Source: Catajapyx aquilonaris
Taxonomy: Eukaryota
NCBI GenBank assembly: GCA_000934665.2
Contig: JYFJ02002468.1
Location: 1-56,554, forward strand
DNA length: 56,554 nucleotides
Reading direction: 5' to 3'
Made by a program: the position numbers and the translations under genes. Below are positions 24,701 to 35,817 of this stretch, in pieces. Position 1 is the first letter of the stretch. Each line of letters starts with the position of its first letter. The notes under the pieces were generated by a model. The model saw only the letters and a program-made list of their open reading frames with translations, searched no databases and had not been told where the DNA came from.

Positions 24701-27021
24701 AAATTTTTAATTCTCTATTGCCTGGTGAAGTCCATTTGGTCCTGAAGATTCATTATGGGCCAGCAAGCCAGGATTTTCTGTGATCACTAGCATGTAAACA
24801 AGTGCAAGGTCCAATCTTTGCCTTGCAGTTATCTCAAAACTGGTTTTTTGGATTTAGCGTGTGTCATGTATATGCTGACAAAACATACTGCAGATTAAGT
24901 GTGGTTAGTTTATATTTAATAATCATCAAGCTACTGATTTTCTTATCACATATTCCACTTCCGCCGTTAAAATTGTTTTCTTTTGGTGAAAGGAAGGGAG
25001 TGGTAGCCTTATCACATGCTTTAGAAATCAACCCTCAGGATATACATAGTATGAGGATAATGAGGATTCACTTAGACCTCCTCCTTTTGATGATGTAGGG
25101 GACAAAAGTCTGCAGGTCATTAGGTGAAACAGATATAACAGCATTGTATTGCATCATATCCACTTCACTTGGCACTCCATATATGCAACACCCAGGCAAC
25201 ACCTATATATGCCCTCTCTACAGCATCAGAAAGAGGTCTAGGTGTGGAATCTCCAGAAATCATTCCTACCTCAAGCTCCTTTACAACCCATGTATTCTGC
25301 CATTTCTGGAAGAGAGTGCTTTGTTGCTGCAACAAGACCTTACAAAGTGTGCTGATTATTTCTCTCCTTTTCAGTGACATTCCCACCAGTAGTATTGATG
25401 TGAACGTACATGATACGTATGTGCGAGTAATGGCAGAAGGTTGGATTCTGCAGCTGGCCCTGCCCTATCCCATAAACATCGACAAGGCAACCACTGAGAG
25501 GAATCAATTGACAAGTACCATGAAAATAACGATGCCGAAGGTAGGAACTTTTTGCAAGACTAAAAACTAGTGGCACCACATGCAAGTGCTAATTAAGGTG
25601 GTCTTGTTCTAAGGAGAATTATGAGTGAAACAAAGTTCTTTGAATGATACATTATTTCCTCTCTTGTTTTTATCCTCATCTGTCCCATCTATGTATCTTC
25701 TAACAGCCAGGTAGCCTTAGTTGGTTGGGCTCCTTCCCAATCAAACAACCATGATGAACAAAAATCCTGAAAATCCCACAAAACGTATACTCCTAATCTT
25801 GCCCTCCCTACTTGGCATGGAGGGTTTTCCAAACAACTCATATCCACCCAAACATACACTGAAAACCACAAATTTCACTACCGAGTCTCCCGCATTGAGC
25901 ATTAAAAATGTGTTATGCTCCATGGGAGACTCGGCAGTGATGCTTGCGGTTTTCAGTGTAGCCAACTGGAGAGTAATTAATTGGAATCTACTGTAAAGTT
26001 AAGATGGCATGACCTGTTGACAAGTGAATTAACTGTTCTGCCTAAGGACTAAAACTGGTTACCTACACAGTCAGTGCCAATAGGGTGGGCAAAAAAAGAG
26101 GAGTTGCAAAAACTCCCCAGGGGGTCACCACCGGACACAAATAGTGTAGATTTCAAGGAATAATTATGTCACCAAACCTTTCTTTTTTGAATGCCAAAGG
26201 CAACCTAAGGTGTGTGTGTGTGTGTGGCCATTTCTTTTGCCCAAAACCAAGCTGAAACTTCCGAGACCACATCAATGGAGCTGTGGCTCTGCTGAAATCC
26301 AAACTGCTACAGCCTTGCTGAACAGCTGGAGTATGACAATGTGCTTCCTCACCAATAACCACTTGCAGCAGCTTATTTGTTGATCCCTCCCAAAAAAATC
26401 CTACCCAAGTGCAGATGCCCACCACCTACTCATGTATGTGGCTTACCTGGTACCCTACACATGCAGGTGACTGGGCATGAAGAGGTTAACCTAGTGCAGG
26501 GTGAAAAGGGAAATCTTGTTGTGGCAAACATAATTTAAAAAGACCAATGTGATTCACATATGCAATGGTTTCGTTCTCTTCCTTCCTTCCTTTTTTTTAA
26601 AATCATTGTTTGAAAATCTTATTTTCAGATTGACACGAGACCAACAAAGATTGTCTACAAGATGAGCCCAGCTCAGAAGCAACTTTGCTACAAGTAAGCT
26701 ATAACTACTGCCTAGCACATAGCATGTACTATATCGCCCAAAAAGATAGAGACGATTTTGCATTTGACTCAAGTGCAACTTGCACTTGAATCAAATGCCT
26801 ATCGTCTCTATCTTTTTGAGCGATATAGTACTTCATGAGGTATATTGTAATCCCATAGGATGAAGCCCGTATACGAGACTCGCACCTTTGGTGAAGCTAC
26901 CAAGAGCTTCCTGAGCTTGCACATCATCCGCACAGAGGAAATGGAGCGAGCCACCTTCACCCAAATCATCCCAGATATAGGCACATCAAGCCTGTATCGT
27001 GGGCTGTATCGTGGACAATAA
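15158..27021 (+). CDS. DNAAF11: Divergent dynein axonemal assembly factor 11-like (LRRC6/tilB): LRRs + LRRcap + CS/p23-like domain, about 409 aa
   Basis: Exons (+): 15158-15167 (MQS), 17573-17716, 17787-17961 (IKYLDLSANNIDTIENL...LQHLDLGSNYI), 18018-18287 (LDLSGNPC...YVIAALPQL...SERIKAL), 18348-18584 (PLNVNEGRFKF), 25375-25540 (TSSIDVNVHDTYVRVMAEGWILQLALP...MKITMPK). Tentative phase-compatible last exons are 26629-26693 and 26859-27021; alternatively exon 6 reads through to the stop at 25570. The first and last two exons are less certain than the core. Confidence 0.82.
15555..17192 (+). mobile_element. About 1.3-kb non-autonomous TIR element, copy 1 (carries a SINE insert and an internal duplication of its 5' end at about 16195-16300)
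   Basis: TIR taacacaggcctgcga...tcgcaggcctgtgtta; near-identical inverted copy at 18843-20139. Confidence 0.85.
16609..16959 (+). mobile_element. tRNA-derived SINE, family C, nested in the TIR element
   Basis: A and B boxes (TGGTGCTGCGGT, GGTTCGATCCC); TSD ttgtaacctattttt at 16594-16608 and 16960-16974; absent from the inverted copy. Confidence 0.85.
17302..17552. mobile_element. MITE with about 33-bp TIRs, 20 nt upstream of a splice acceptor
   Basis: tgaaggggttagtgccataacgtgctaagccac vs gtggcttagcacgttatggcactagcccattca. Confidence 0.75.
18843..20139 (-). mobile_element. About 1.3-kb non-autonomous TIR element, copy 2 (inverted)
   Basis: Reverse complement of 15555-17192 without the SINE; same acacaggcctgcga termini. 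Confidence 0.85.
20637..20930. mobile_element. piggyBac-like MITE, copy 2
   Basis: Homologous to 9324-9577; starts TTAA-CCCTG. Confidence 0.8.
21140..21683 (-). mobile_element. 3' end of a non-LTR retrotransposon (LINE)
   Basis: CGEGRETMEHIVRDC zinc-knuckle-like ORF2 C-terminus, 3' UTR hairpin gggtcgg...ccgaccc, AATAAA and (CAAA)n tail. Confidence 0.7.
21752..21940 (+). mobile_element. Truncated third copy of the acacaggcctgcga element
   Basis: Matches 15556-15738; abuts a (CAA)n microsatellite. Confidence 0.8.
22003..22758 (+). mobile_element. Composite SINE, family B, with duplicated 3' end
   Basis: SINE 22004-22368; its 3' about 90 bp is repeated at 22657-22745; TSD ttactctgagataa at 21989-22002 and 22759-22772. 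Confidence 0.75.
26726..26831. repeat. 106-bp near-perfect palindrome
   Basis: gtactatatcgc.caaaaagatagagacgat...aagtgcaa-c-ttgcactt...atcgtctctatctttttg.gcgatatagtac. Confidence 0.85.
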
Positions 27022-28813
27022 CACAATACCATTTCGGCTCTAGTAGTAGTGGTCCTAGATATGGGTGCATGGGCTGGGATTGTGCATTAGCCCATATGCG
27101 CTGTATCTAGAGCCTTCTTCATAGTAGATCATAAATTAGTAAAACACCAAAAAAGTGGTTTTCTCACTTGTCTGAAAAAATATTCACTCCACAGATTCAA
27201 AGTCGTGTTCGGGAACGCTAGAGGTCTCTGCACAGCGAACGTCTCTTTTATTCCTTTCGAGGGGCAGACACAACCTCGGCTTGTTGCAGACAAAGTGAAC
27301 ATGTTAAATTCTTGTGAACAGTCATTAAGAAGCATGCGAGGGACTTGGGAGAGTACAGCGGTTGGAGAAGTTAAGAGCAACACACGAACACTTGGAAAGC
27401 AAATGCTGCTGAACCCTGAGGTAAGGGTTAAGGGAAGGGGGGAAAAAACAACTGCAGGAGTTGCTTTATACAATGTAAATTTTTATATAGTGCTTTTTTG
27501 GACCACAATGGTTGATGACCATTTCTCTGCTTGTGTAACAATTTCACAAAGGAGAGCCAGAGGCTCTCTGGGATCAGACATACAGTGTTAACCAAAGGAT
27601 ACAGGGTGCAACACTGCTATTATAAGGTAGCAAGTCTAATCATGCAAAAGAAAAACAACAACAAAAAACAGAAAGCAATTCCATCCCAACTACCTAACAA
27701 AAAAGCCCATCCTCCTCAATGTCAAACTCCAGATGCATGACAACGAGGCACAGTATTATTACAAGGATTAATCATCATCATTATTACTGGAAATTCTTTT
27801 TGTTGCAATTCACATTTTCTTAATATTGTAGAGAAAAACGAGGCAGGCAGGCAGGCAGGCAGGCAGCAATGGTAACGAGAAGGTGAGCGTTATCAACTTT
27901 TTTTTTGTCTTGGCTCAGTGCATTCGAGATTTTCTCTCACGCACACGCAAAGCCAAAATTGACTCCCGTTTTCTTCTTTCTTTACAAAAGGCAGGAAAGG
28001 TGGGTTGGAAAAAAACATGTTAGGTAAATGGTACAGGAGTAGGTTGGTAAAGTTTTCTTTCCCCCCAATTCCCTTTTCTGACATGATTGGTTGGCAAAAA
28101 GGAGACTAGTTGAATCCGTAGCATAATAGTCGTAAAAACATGGGCTTCTTAATTATGTCACGCACAAGCATACGCGCACGCACACATTCGCAAAACCATG
28201 CACACACGTACACAACTCGGCACTTTCCAATCTTCAGAATCGGCAACACATCATGCAGTTCCTTGTTTCCACAAGCGCATTCGGGCCAGGATATATGGCC
28301 CTGGTCATTACATGCATAGCACTTTCCAGCTCTTATAGTTTTTGGGGTACTGGCACTGCGCAAAACGCTTCCAAGTACTCTTTATGTGATGCATTGACAG
28401 AGAAAGAAGCACTTTGCATGACACTCCCTCCTGCGCTTGCAAACCCACTGACAAATATTCCAGTCATAGCCGTCCAGGTTTCCTGGATGTTCATCCTGCT
28501 TATAGTAGCAAATTAGTAGTAGTACCGCGTAACAACTAAAGAGTAATAAAAAAATTGAAAAAATAAATCAGAAATTGCCAAATAAATATGGTGCAAGCCA
28601 TTACACCGTTTCCAATGCAAATGCTAGTCTTGATATTATGCAATTCGGGATAAAATAACAGATGGAGAAAAATGTCCACTAAACTTGCCACTGGGGCAGA
28701 GAAGTAAAAAGCACAGAGTGACACTGCTAAGTCACAGGCCAGTGGAGTGGGCTGGAGACAAGGGGGGGAAGAGGCCAGGAAAAGAGGGTGTCAGTGGGGT
28801 TAGATGGCATTGC

Positions 28814-31800
28814 TCAGCAGCACTTCACTGCTATTCGCTCCATCTTCCTCTCTACCAGCACCTTGTCGGAGGCTTCCTGGGTGTCCTTTGAGGGGGTCTT
28901 GTTGAGGATGGCTTCAGCCAGCTCCATGAATGCTGCCTCAATGTTCATGTTCGCCTTGGCCGAAGTCTCCATAAAACGTACACCGTGTTCCCGTGCAATC
29001 TGAAAAGAAGGGGGCGAGTTATTTCAACCCTGCCAGGTAGAGAAACAAAGGTGATGGATGCTCACTGCTTGTCCCCTTTCTTTACTGACAACTCGCTGGT
29101 CCTCCTTGTCACTCTTGTTCCCAAGGATCATGGTTTCAACATCCTCATTGGCATGCTATTAAGATAAGTGTTGCTGAAGTGACATTCTGACACAAATTTA
29201 AATGCAGTCAACTCACTTCATCAATATTCCTCAACCATCGGGCAATGTTCTCAAAGCTCTTGATATTTGTGATGTCATACACCAACATGATGCCCATTGC
29301 ACCACGATAATAGGAAGTGGTGATGGTGTGGAACCTCTCTTGGCCAGCAGTGTCCCTGTGAAGACAAACAATTGATGGTCATGCACTTGCACATGTGCAT
29401 TCTACAAGGTTTCTTACCAGTCACTGATTGAAGGACGTAAATGAAAGTGACTATGCAATTGTTTACTGACATAAATATTCCACACATACCATATTTGCAG
29501 CTTGATTTTCTTTCCTTTAAGTTCCACTGTTTTGATTTTAAAGTCGATTCCTGCAAGAAGATACTTGGAATGAAAAAACAGCACGGACTTGGGATCCAAG
29601 GTCAGTTAGCATCACAAGTGGCACAGGAAGCTCCCTTTACTAGCATCAAGGGGAACCATTCACTCACAAAGGCACTCCAAGCATGAGTTTAACTCATTAA
29701 GGTTCATGGAACAAGTTGATTCATAATTATACACATCTTTATCTCCTATAAGTGTCAGGTAGTGGAACATTGTGGTGGCCACACATCCCAGTGAACAAAT
29801 TTGTTTGGTTGAGATCAATTGGCTCCTGATTTTTGACCTTGTGCCCTGAAAGGAAGCTGTGCTTAACTCACACTACCAGTGACCCAACATCCTTTTTTTT
29901 TTTGTCATGAATGTGTTGCAGTATGACACCTTCATGCATTATTGTGGGCATAAGGGGTGTGCTACACATAATCATATTCATCCTGAATATGTGACTCACT
30001 TCTAATCATATTAGAGCCTATTAGGCTGCTTTGATAATTCACGCTGACAACATTTATCATGTATAAATATGCACTCTAACCTCTGGCCCTGGACTTAAGG
30101 GTAGGCTATGTGAATCAGAATTCTAAGTTACCCAACACAAAGTACAAGATTTGCCCACATCTGGTCTAAGTCCAGCCATCAATCCTTTTAGATAAGTGCT
30201 GTTATGTAACCAGCCAAATAGGAAAGTGTTTGTTGAAGGCAGTTTGCAAGGTATGTAACTTTTTTTCTTGTAGGGAAGTTATGAATGCAAAATAAATTAC
30301 ACTGCCTATGACTCATTCAGCATTCCAATGCAATTGTGTGGGTCTGCACTTTGGCAAAACTTGACTGCCCTATTATCTTTCACGAAAATTAGTCTCGGTA
30401 ATACACATCTTTTTTTTCCCCCTTGTGAAGCCAAAAGGATTATAATTTTCACATAATTCCTGTAAGTAACAAAGAAAAATATCAAATTTTCATGCACTGT
30501 GAAAATTTTATAAACAATTCCACAAATCAGTTGCATTAATGATAAGTGTTTCACTTAAGACTGTTAGGTGGCTGTGAGTAGCAAAAAGTTGAGATCCACA
30601 GCCACATATACAAGAAAACAATGAAGAATGATAGTCCTGTCACCTAAGCACGTCAATACTGGAGTATCCTACAGGATGCAGCTACGAGGTTTTTTCTGCC
30701 AAAACAGCTCGAAAATGGTGCCTTCTGACATCTCACGGACATACAGAATCAAGCTTGATACTGACACATACAGTGAAACCTCGACCTATATATTTCCAGA
30801 TGTATCATTTTCTTGGATCCATCATTAAATTCCTAAGGTCCCAGAACAAATCGTACTTAATACAGGCTCCCACATTTAATCATATTTTATTCAGGTTGTG
30901 CATGGCGTCATGCATGGGGCTTTATTCCCACTAAATTCCAAGAAAGTCACAAGTAACACATTATTGAAGATATCAGGAGTTTCTCAGGCCTTAAAATTTT
31001 TTACACAATGAGATGAATGTGCAATAAAATTCCTGTCCCTTCTCCATCATGACTTCAGCGTTGAAACAGATTGAACAAGAAAGCTCATTGTAGTCTAATA
31101 ATATAGTGTTCTACGCCATGGTCGTAACAATTGGCAGATCTCCTGGTGTTGCGATTTTTCACTTTGTCAAAGAAGGATGATAATTCACAGCCATCGAGAG
31201 CAATTAAAACTGTTAAAGTCACTACTGGAAAAAGTGGAGATGTTTCCCATCCTGCTTACAACCTTATATGCCACCCTCTACTTTTAATCATTCAGAAAGG
31301 GTAAAAAGCCATCCACATCATGCCAAAAAACCTTCAGCAAGTGCTAATCGCAAAACTTATAGACCTTGAAGCAAAGATTGGAGTCTCAGGTAGAAAAAAC
31401 GCTTTAAAATTAATCATCTCCAAATAAATAAATCCTCAAAACTTTTAAATGTGCTCTCTTAATCAACAAATAACCTAACCTGCTCATCCACCTTGAAAAT
31501 GACTTCCTGAATAGTAATCCAATAATGAAGTGAAATCCTTCAGTATTGACAATTTCCAATCGGAATTGGAAAACAGAGCAACCTATTGGTACTACCGCCT
31601 TGGAGGACTTAACAAGCTATGAATTTCCTTAAATACGAGAGACATGCAGCATGACTAATTTCACAAGGGTTGCTATTACAAAGGACCCCTTCCAGGATTG
31701 TCGTCATCTAAAATTGCAATAATTCTTAGTGAGGGTGTTACCAAAAAATTAGATGAACAAAGCTGACTTTACCTACTTAGCTTGCATAGCTTTTTCAAAC

Positions 31801-32837
31801 TCCAAATTACCACAGGTGTTCGAGGCATTTAAAAATGTCCAGGTAAATTTTTTTCAGGAATGATAGGAAATTTGCAATTTTAAGCGTGCAAGTTACACAG
31901 ACTAAAATTGATATTAACAGTTAAAGTGTGTGAATTATTTGTTGTAACAGCCCATAAAATGGACAGTACAATGGGAAATCCCTTGCACTGTCCATTTTAT
32001 GGGTTTCCACATTGGGCAAACAGGTTTGCCCAATAATTTAACTTATAAATTGTTACTTTTCACGAACAATAAGCAAATCTAAAAATTAAGAATTTTCTAA
32101 CATCACCATAAAAATATATAAAAATTCTACAAAGCTTGTAACACTGTGGCCTTATAACGGAGGTAAAAATTGGAACTTCACTTAAAAACCAGATTTCTTA
32201 ATTGAGTATCCAATTAGTCAAAAAATGAGTTCCACTCTTTCATATATTATAATTAGGAACATGTACACTATAAATTATTACAACTGGAGCCAACAACGAT
32301 CCTGTCAGGATGTTACGACGTTTGTTAAAGTCACTGGTACTTCCCAATGCTATTTCGTATGGGTGATGCACCACAGAACCCATGACTTAGCCAAAGTTCC
32401 TGTACAGATAGCGCTGGTCAGAGCAGATAAGCCACCCCTGTGCATCCTGCCCACCCAATCCACCCATTAATTTCCGCCTGCTCACATCAGGTGCATCCAA
32501 ATCAGCACACATGCACCCGATACTGACAATCAAACCTTCCTAACCAGGCCCTTGAACTTGTTGACTACACTCAAGACACCCCAACCTGATTAGAGCACTC
32601 AAGGTCAATGCTTCCCAACGCCAAAAATCCAGCGACCTTCAAGCACAAGAGCCCATGACTCATCCCACAAGTGTCAAGAGGAAGCCAAACAATGGTGCCA
32701 CATCAATTACCAATAGTTGATATGAAGGTGGTGTTGAAGGCATCGTCTGAAAAGCGGAACAGGATGGACGTCTTGCCCACGCCCGAGTCGCCGATGAGCA
32801 AGAGTTTGAATAGCAAGTCGTAGGCCTTCTTCGCCAT
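28814..32837 (-). CDS. RAB10: Ras-related protein Rab-10, complete, 200 aa
   Basis: Exons (-): 32837-32711 ([43 protein letters not shown]), 29550-29490, 29355-29217 ([22 protein letters not shown]), 29155-29066 (GNKSD), 28999-28814 (ETSAK...KCC-stop). Total 603 nt, with a C-terminal CC prenylation motif. Confidence 0.96.
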
Positions 32838-33290
32838 CTTGACTGGGACTCCGAGGGAGTCGGCGCAGTAGGCTGCTACGGAGGCGCACTAGTCCTCCAC
32901 CGCACTTGTTGGCACTGGTTCCGCCCTACTGCCCTCTTCTCCGCCGCCTGCTGATGCATGTGCGGCCCCTAGTCCGCCCTCACTCACTATGCTTTAGCCA
33001 ACACCCCCCTTCAGGCCCCGAGCCTAGCTTCAATCAAAAGAGCTGACGTCACCCATCCTATCATTCATTTAGGATCACCTCACTACATGGCGCTACTTGA
33101 TACTACCAAAAGGTATGCAGCGCCTCGTGTAGGCGCATGTTTAGAAGTTTCTAGTAGCAGACATGACGTAGGTTGTTGAAAATTATCGATCTCCGAGAAG
33201 TCGCCTGACCATTGCGTGTGTATCCGAGGAGTTTGGACGTCAAGAGTGGTACACGGAGGCGGCACACGCCTGACCACGGGTGCTAGGTTG
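32838..33290. promoter_or_regulatory. CpG-rich Rab10 promoter/5' UTR, possibly shared with the divergent lifeguard gene
   Basis: CpG-rich stretch, CRE TGACGTCA at 33044-33051, DRE-like TATCGAT near 33184, and + strand donor-like GTTGGT/GTATGT at about 33287-33296. Confidence 0.5.
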
Positions 33291-34232
33291 GTATGTTTGG
33301 TGTGGCGGCTTGGTAAGAGCTGTGTTCATGACTTGCCAGATTTGGATGTTTTTGATGGTGTAGATGCAGTGTCGCAGGTTGGGTTGGGCGGGGAGCATGG
33401 TTGATGTGCTTCATGTAAGGTATCATGTCAACCGGGGGGACCGGCTGTGTCGTGGATTCAAACTGGCAGGGCACATGCTACGATTTTTTGGGCAGGTTTG
33501 ATGTGCCCTGTAGCATATAATATGGTTGTAATGCACCACAAAGATAACAGAAATAATAATTTGCATGTGGCTGTTCAATGTATAGTTGAAGGCCTGACTG
33601 CTTCAGCGATAACATTGGTTGGCCAGCTGGTCACATTATGAATCAGTCCGGGAGCAGCAATCCCGGGTGGCCACCAGGATTGGTCGATTGCATCATGTGA
33701 CCAGGTGGGGTACCAGCGTTACCTGGCAACCTGGGGTAGAATTTTCGTCCCACTGCTAGTTACTGCTAACTTAGCAGTACCAGTGTTGGCCATGGCACTG
33801 CTAAGTTAACAGTAACAAGCAGTGAGACAGAAATTCGACCCCTGGTCTTCAACTGCAACAGTGTGATGGCATCTGTACTTGGAGATTGCATGAGCCAACA
33901 GAAGTGTGAGATGTGCAGGTGGCCGTTCTAGCCTCTGAAGCTGAGGTGACCTGAAATGATTTTTGGTGTCATTATTTTCCATTTGCCTTTTATTCATTCC
34001 CTGGTAGTGACAAAAAAGCAAAAAAGTGTTACTGTCAAAAAACCTGGGAGAGTCATGGGTTAGTGACTCCTGGTAACATCAACAAAGTCCCCATTTGAAT
34101 GCCTCTTTATGTCGGTGTGGACCTTTTTATATATACTTATTTCTTGCCTGGATGGCATATGCACATGGGAGTGGACTCTCGTTAAACTATATCCTAATAA
34201 AGTTACGCTATCAGCAGGGTTAATACCATATA

Positions 34233-34443
34233 CAGGGTGTTTCAACTTTTTTGTCCGAACAGTTATCAGAAATATTGCACTAAGCCGCTACTTTGTAAGC
34301 AGTGTATGCCACTTCAACCTAAGATTCACAGGGAATATTCCCCATTCCTCCGACAAACCGATTGCAAGTCACTGCTTGCAAAGTAGCAGCTTATAGTGCA
34401 ATATTTCAGATAACTGTTCGGACAAAAAAGTTGAAACACCCTG
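34233..34443. mobile_element. Tc1/mariner-type hairpin MITE
   Basis: TA-CAGGGTGTTTCAAC...GTTGAAACACCCTG-TA with arms of about 70 bp. Confidence 0.85.
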
Positions 34444-35027
34444 TATAATGGAATGTAGCATTGAAACCTTCCCTTTTTGTTCTGTTCAATTGACTGTTGC
34501 AGTATGGCTGCTGGAGCTATGCTGCAGTTGCATATTGTTATATGGTAGTAAAATTCTCTTTAATAGCTTAACATAAAAAATTTCTATGCCTCACATGCTA
34601 CACAGGAAATAAATAATTCTAATTCAGATAAAAGAAGCTCCACACCAACATAAACCAAGGACTCGAGACAGCCATTTGTATGCGGACTTGGGTGACATTA
34701 CCAGGTCACATGTGAAACAAACTTCCTTCAACTAATCTCCTGTTACTGTATGAGAGACAAGCTGCAAATGCCTGTGACAAAGTCTCGCATGAGCGAAGCC
34801 CTGCCCCTCATTGGTAAAGAATGAGGTTTGAGAGTGAAGAGTGTCATGACCTAAAAGTATGATGAAGTATTGTCAGTTCTAGATTTCATAAGATTTTTTG
34901 CAATTAGTTACATGATGTAGACTGTTATATAGACTGTTGATCACACATTAAATATTGCCCCAGACACAACGCACAATATTTGTTTCTCATGTGACCAGGG
35001 CCTATGACTCCCATATATTTTGGAAGT

Positions 35028-35395
35028 GGGGAGGTGTGGTGGCCGTGATGGTAACGTCACGGCTTGCTGAGTGAAAGGCCCCAGGTTCGATCCCCGCCTG
35101 GGGAACTTTCCTTTCACCTGCGTCAGGAGGGTCTCTGACCTGCACCAAGGAGGTGTCTGGCAACCTAACCTCCTGGGGAACAGCACATGACCCATTAGCT
35201 ACGACATTGCACCTTGCACCCATGTTCCCTCCCCAAAAATCCCTACCCTTTCCCATTGTCCCTGTTTCCTTGCACCGGTGAATGAAGCAGAAAATATATA
35301 CAGAAAACTGACAGTGGTATGCCACCCCCCTATAGCACCCATAAGGGTCATCACAGGGTAAACTAAATAAAATAAATAAATAAAAATAATAATAA
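35028..35395 (+). mobile_element. Full-length tRNA-derived SINE, family B
   Basis: A box TGGCCGTGATGG, B box GGTTCGATCCC, (TAAA)n tail, TSD atattttggaagt at 35015-35027 and 35396-35408. Confidence 0.9.
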
Positions 35396-35537
35396 ATATT
35401 TTGGAAGTACTCCAGCATGCTAACAGTAAGTGTAACCACAGCCTAAGGGCCCCTGGTGGAGTACACACCAGGTCTGGCTTACTTAGGACTTTGTCTTGGA
35501 GGGGCTAAACCCACGGTTCTCAACCAGGTGTGTGTGT

Positions 35538-35817
35538 TCTTGTCTTCAATAAGGTGTGGGGACGGAAACAGGTTTGTTACTGTAAGTCTGGGGACGTTGA
35601 CCCAATTGTGGGGACATTTTAGGTCCCCACAGGGCCAAACAGCTTCACACACGAGAATATTACCGTTACAGTGGGGACATGTCCCCACTATTTCGTTTTG
35701 CACGGTATCACAAAAGTCCATTTCTCTCAGCCTAGGTTAGTTAGGGTAGGTTAGGTTACACTCACTTTGAAAAGTTGTTTTTTTCACGTCCCCACACCTT
35801 AGTGAAAACAGGTCTTC
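35538..35817. mobile_element. TIR element inserted in (TG)n, with repeated gtggggac motifs and a TTAGG-like tract
   Basis: taaggtgtggggacg vs cgtccccacacctta; TG repeats on both flanks; aggttagttagggtaggttaggtta at 35734-35758. Confidence 0.65.

Noticed and set aside
24200..25330. Possible decayed retroelement coding sequence
   Set aside because: Only isolated short motif resemblances with many stops; cannot be supported without a search.
30770..32165. Possible Tigger/pogo relic starting TACAGTGAAACCTCG in Rab10 intron 1
   Set aside because: The matching right terminus and transposase residues are not convincingly identifiable.
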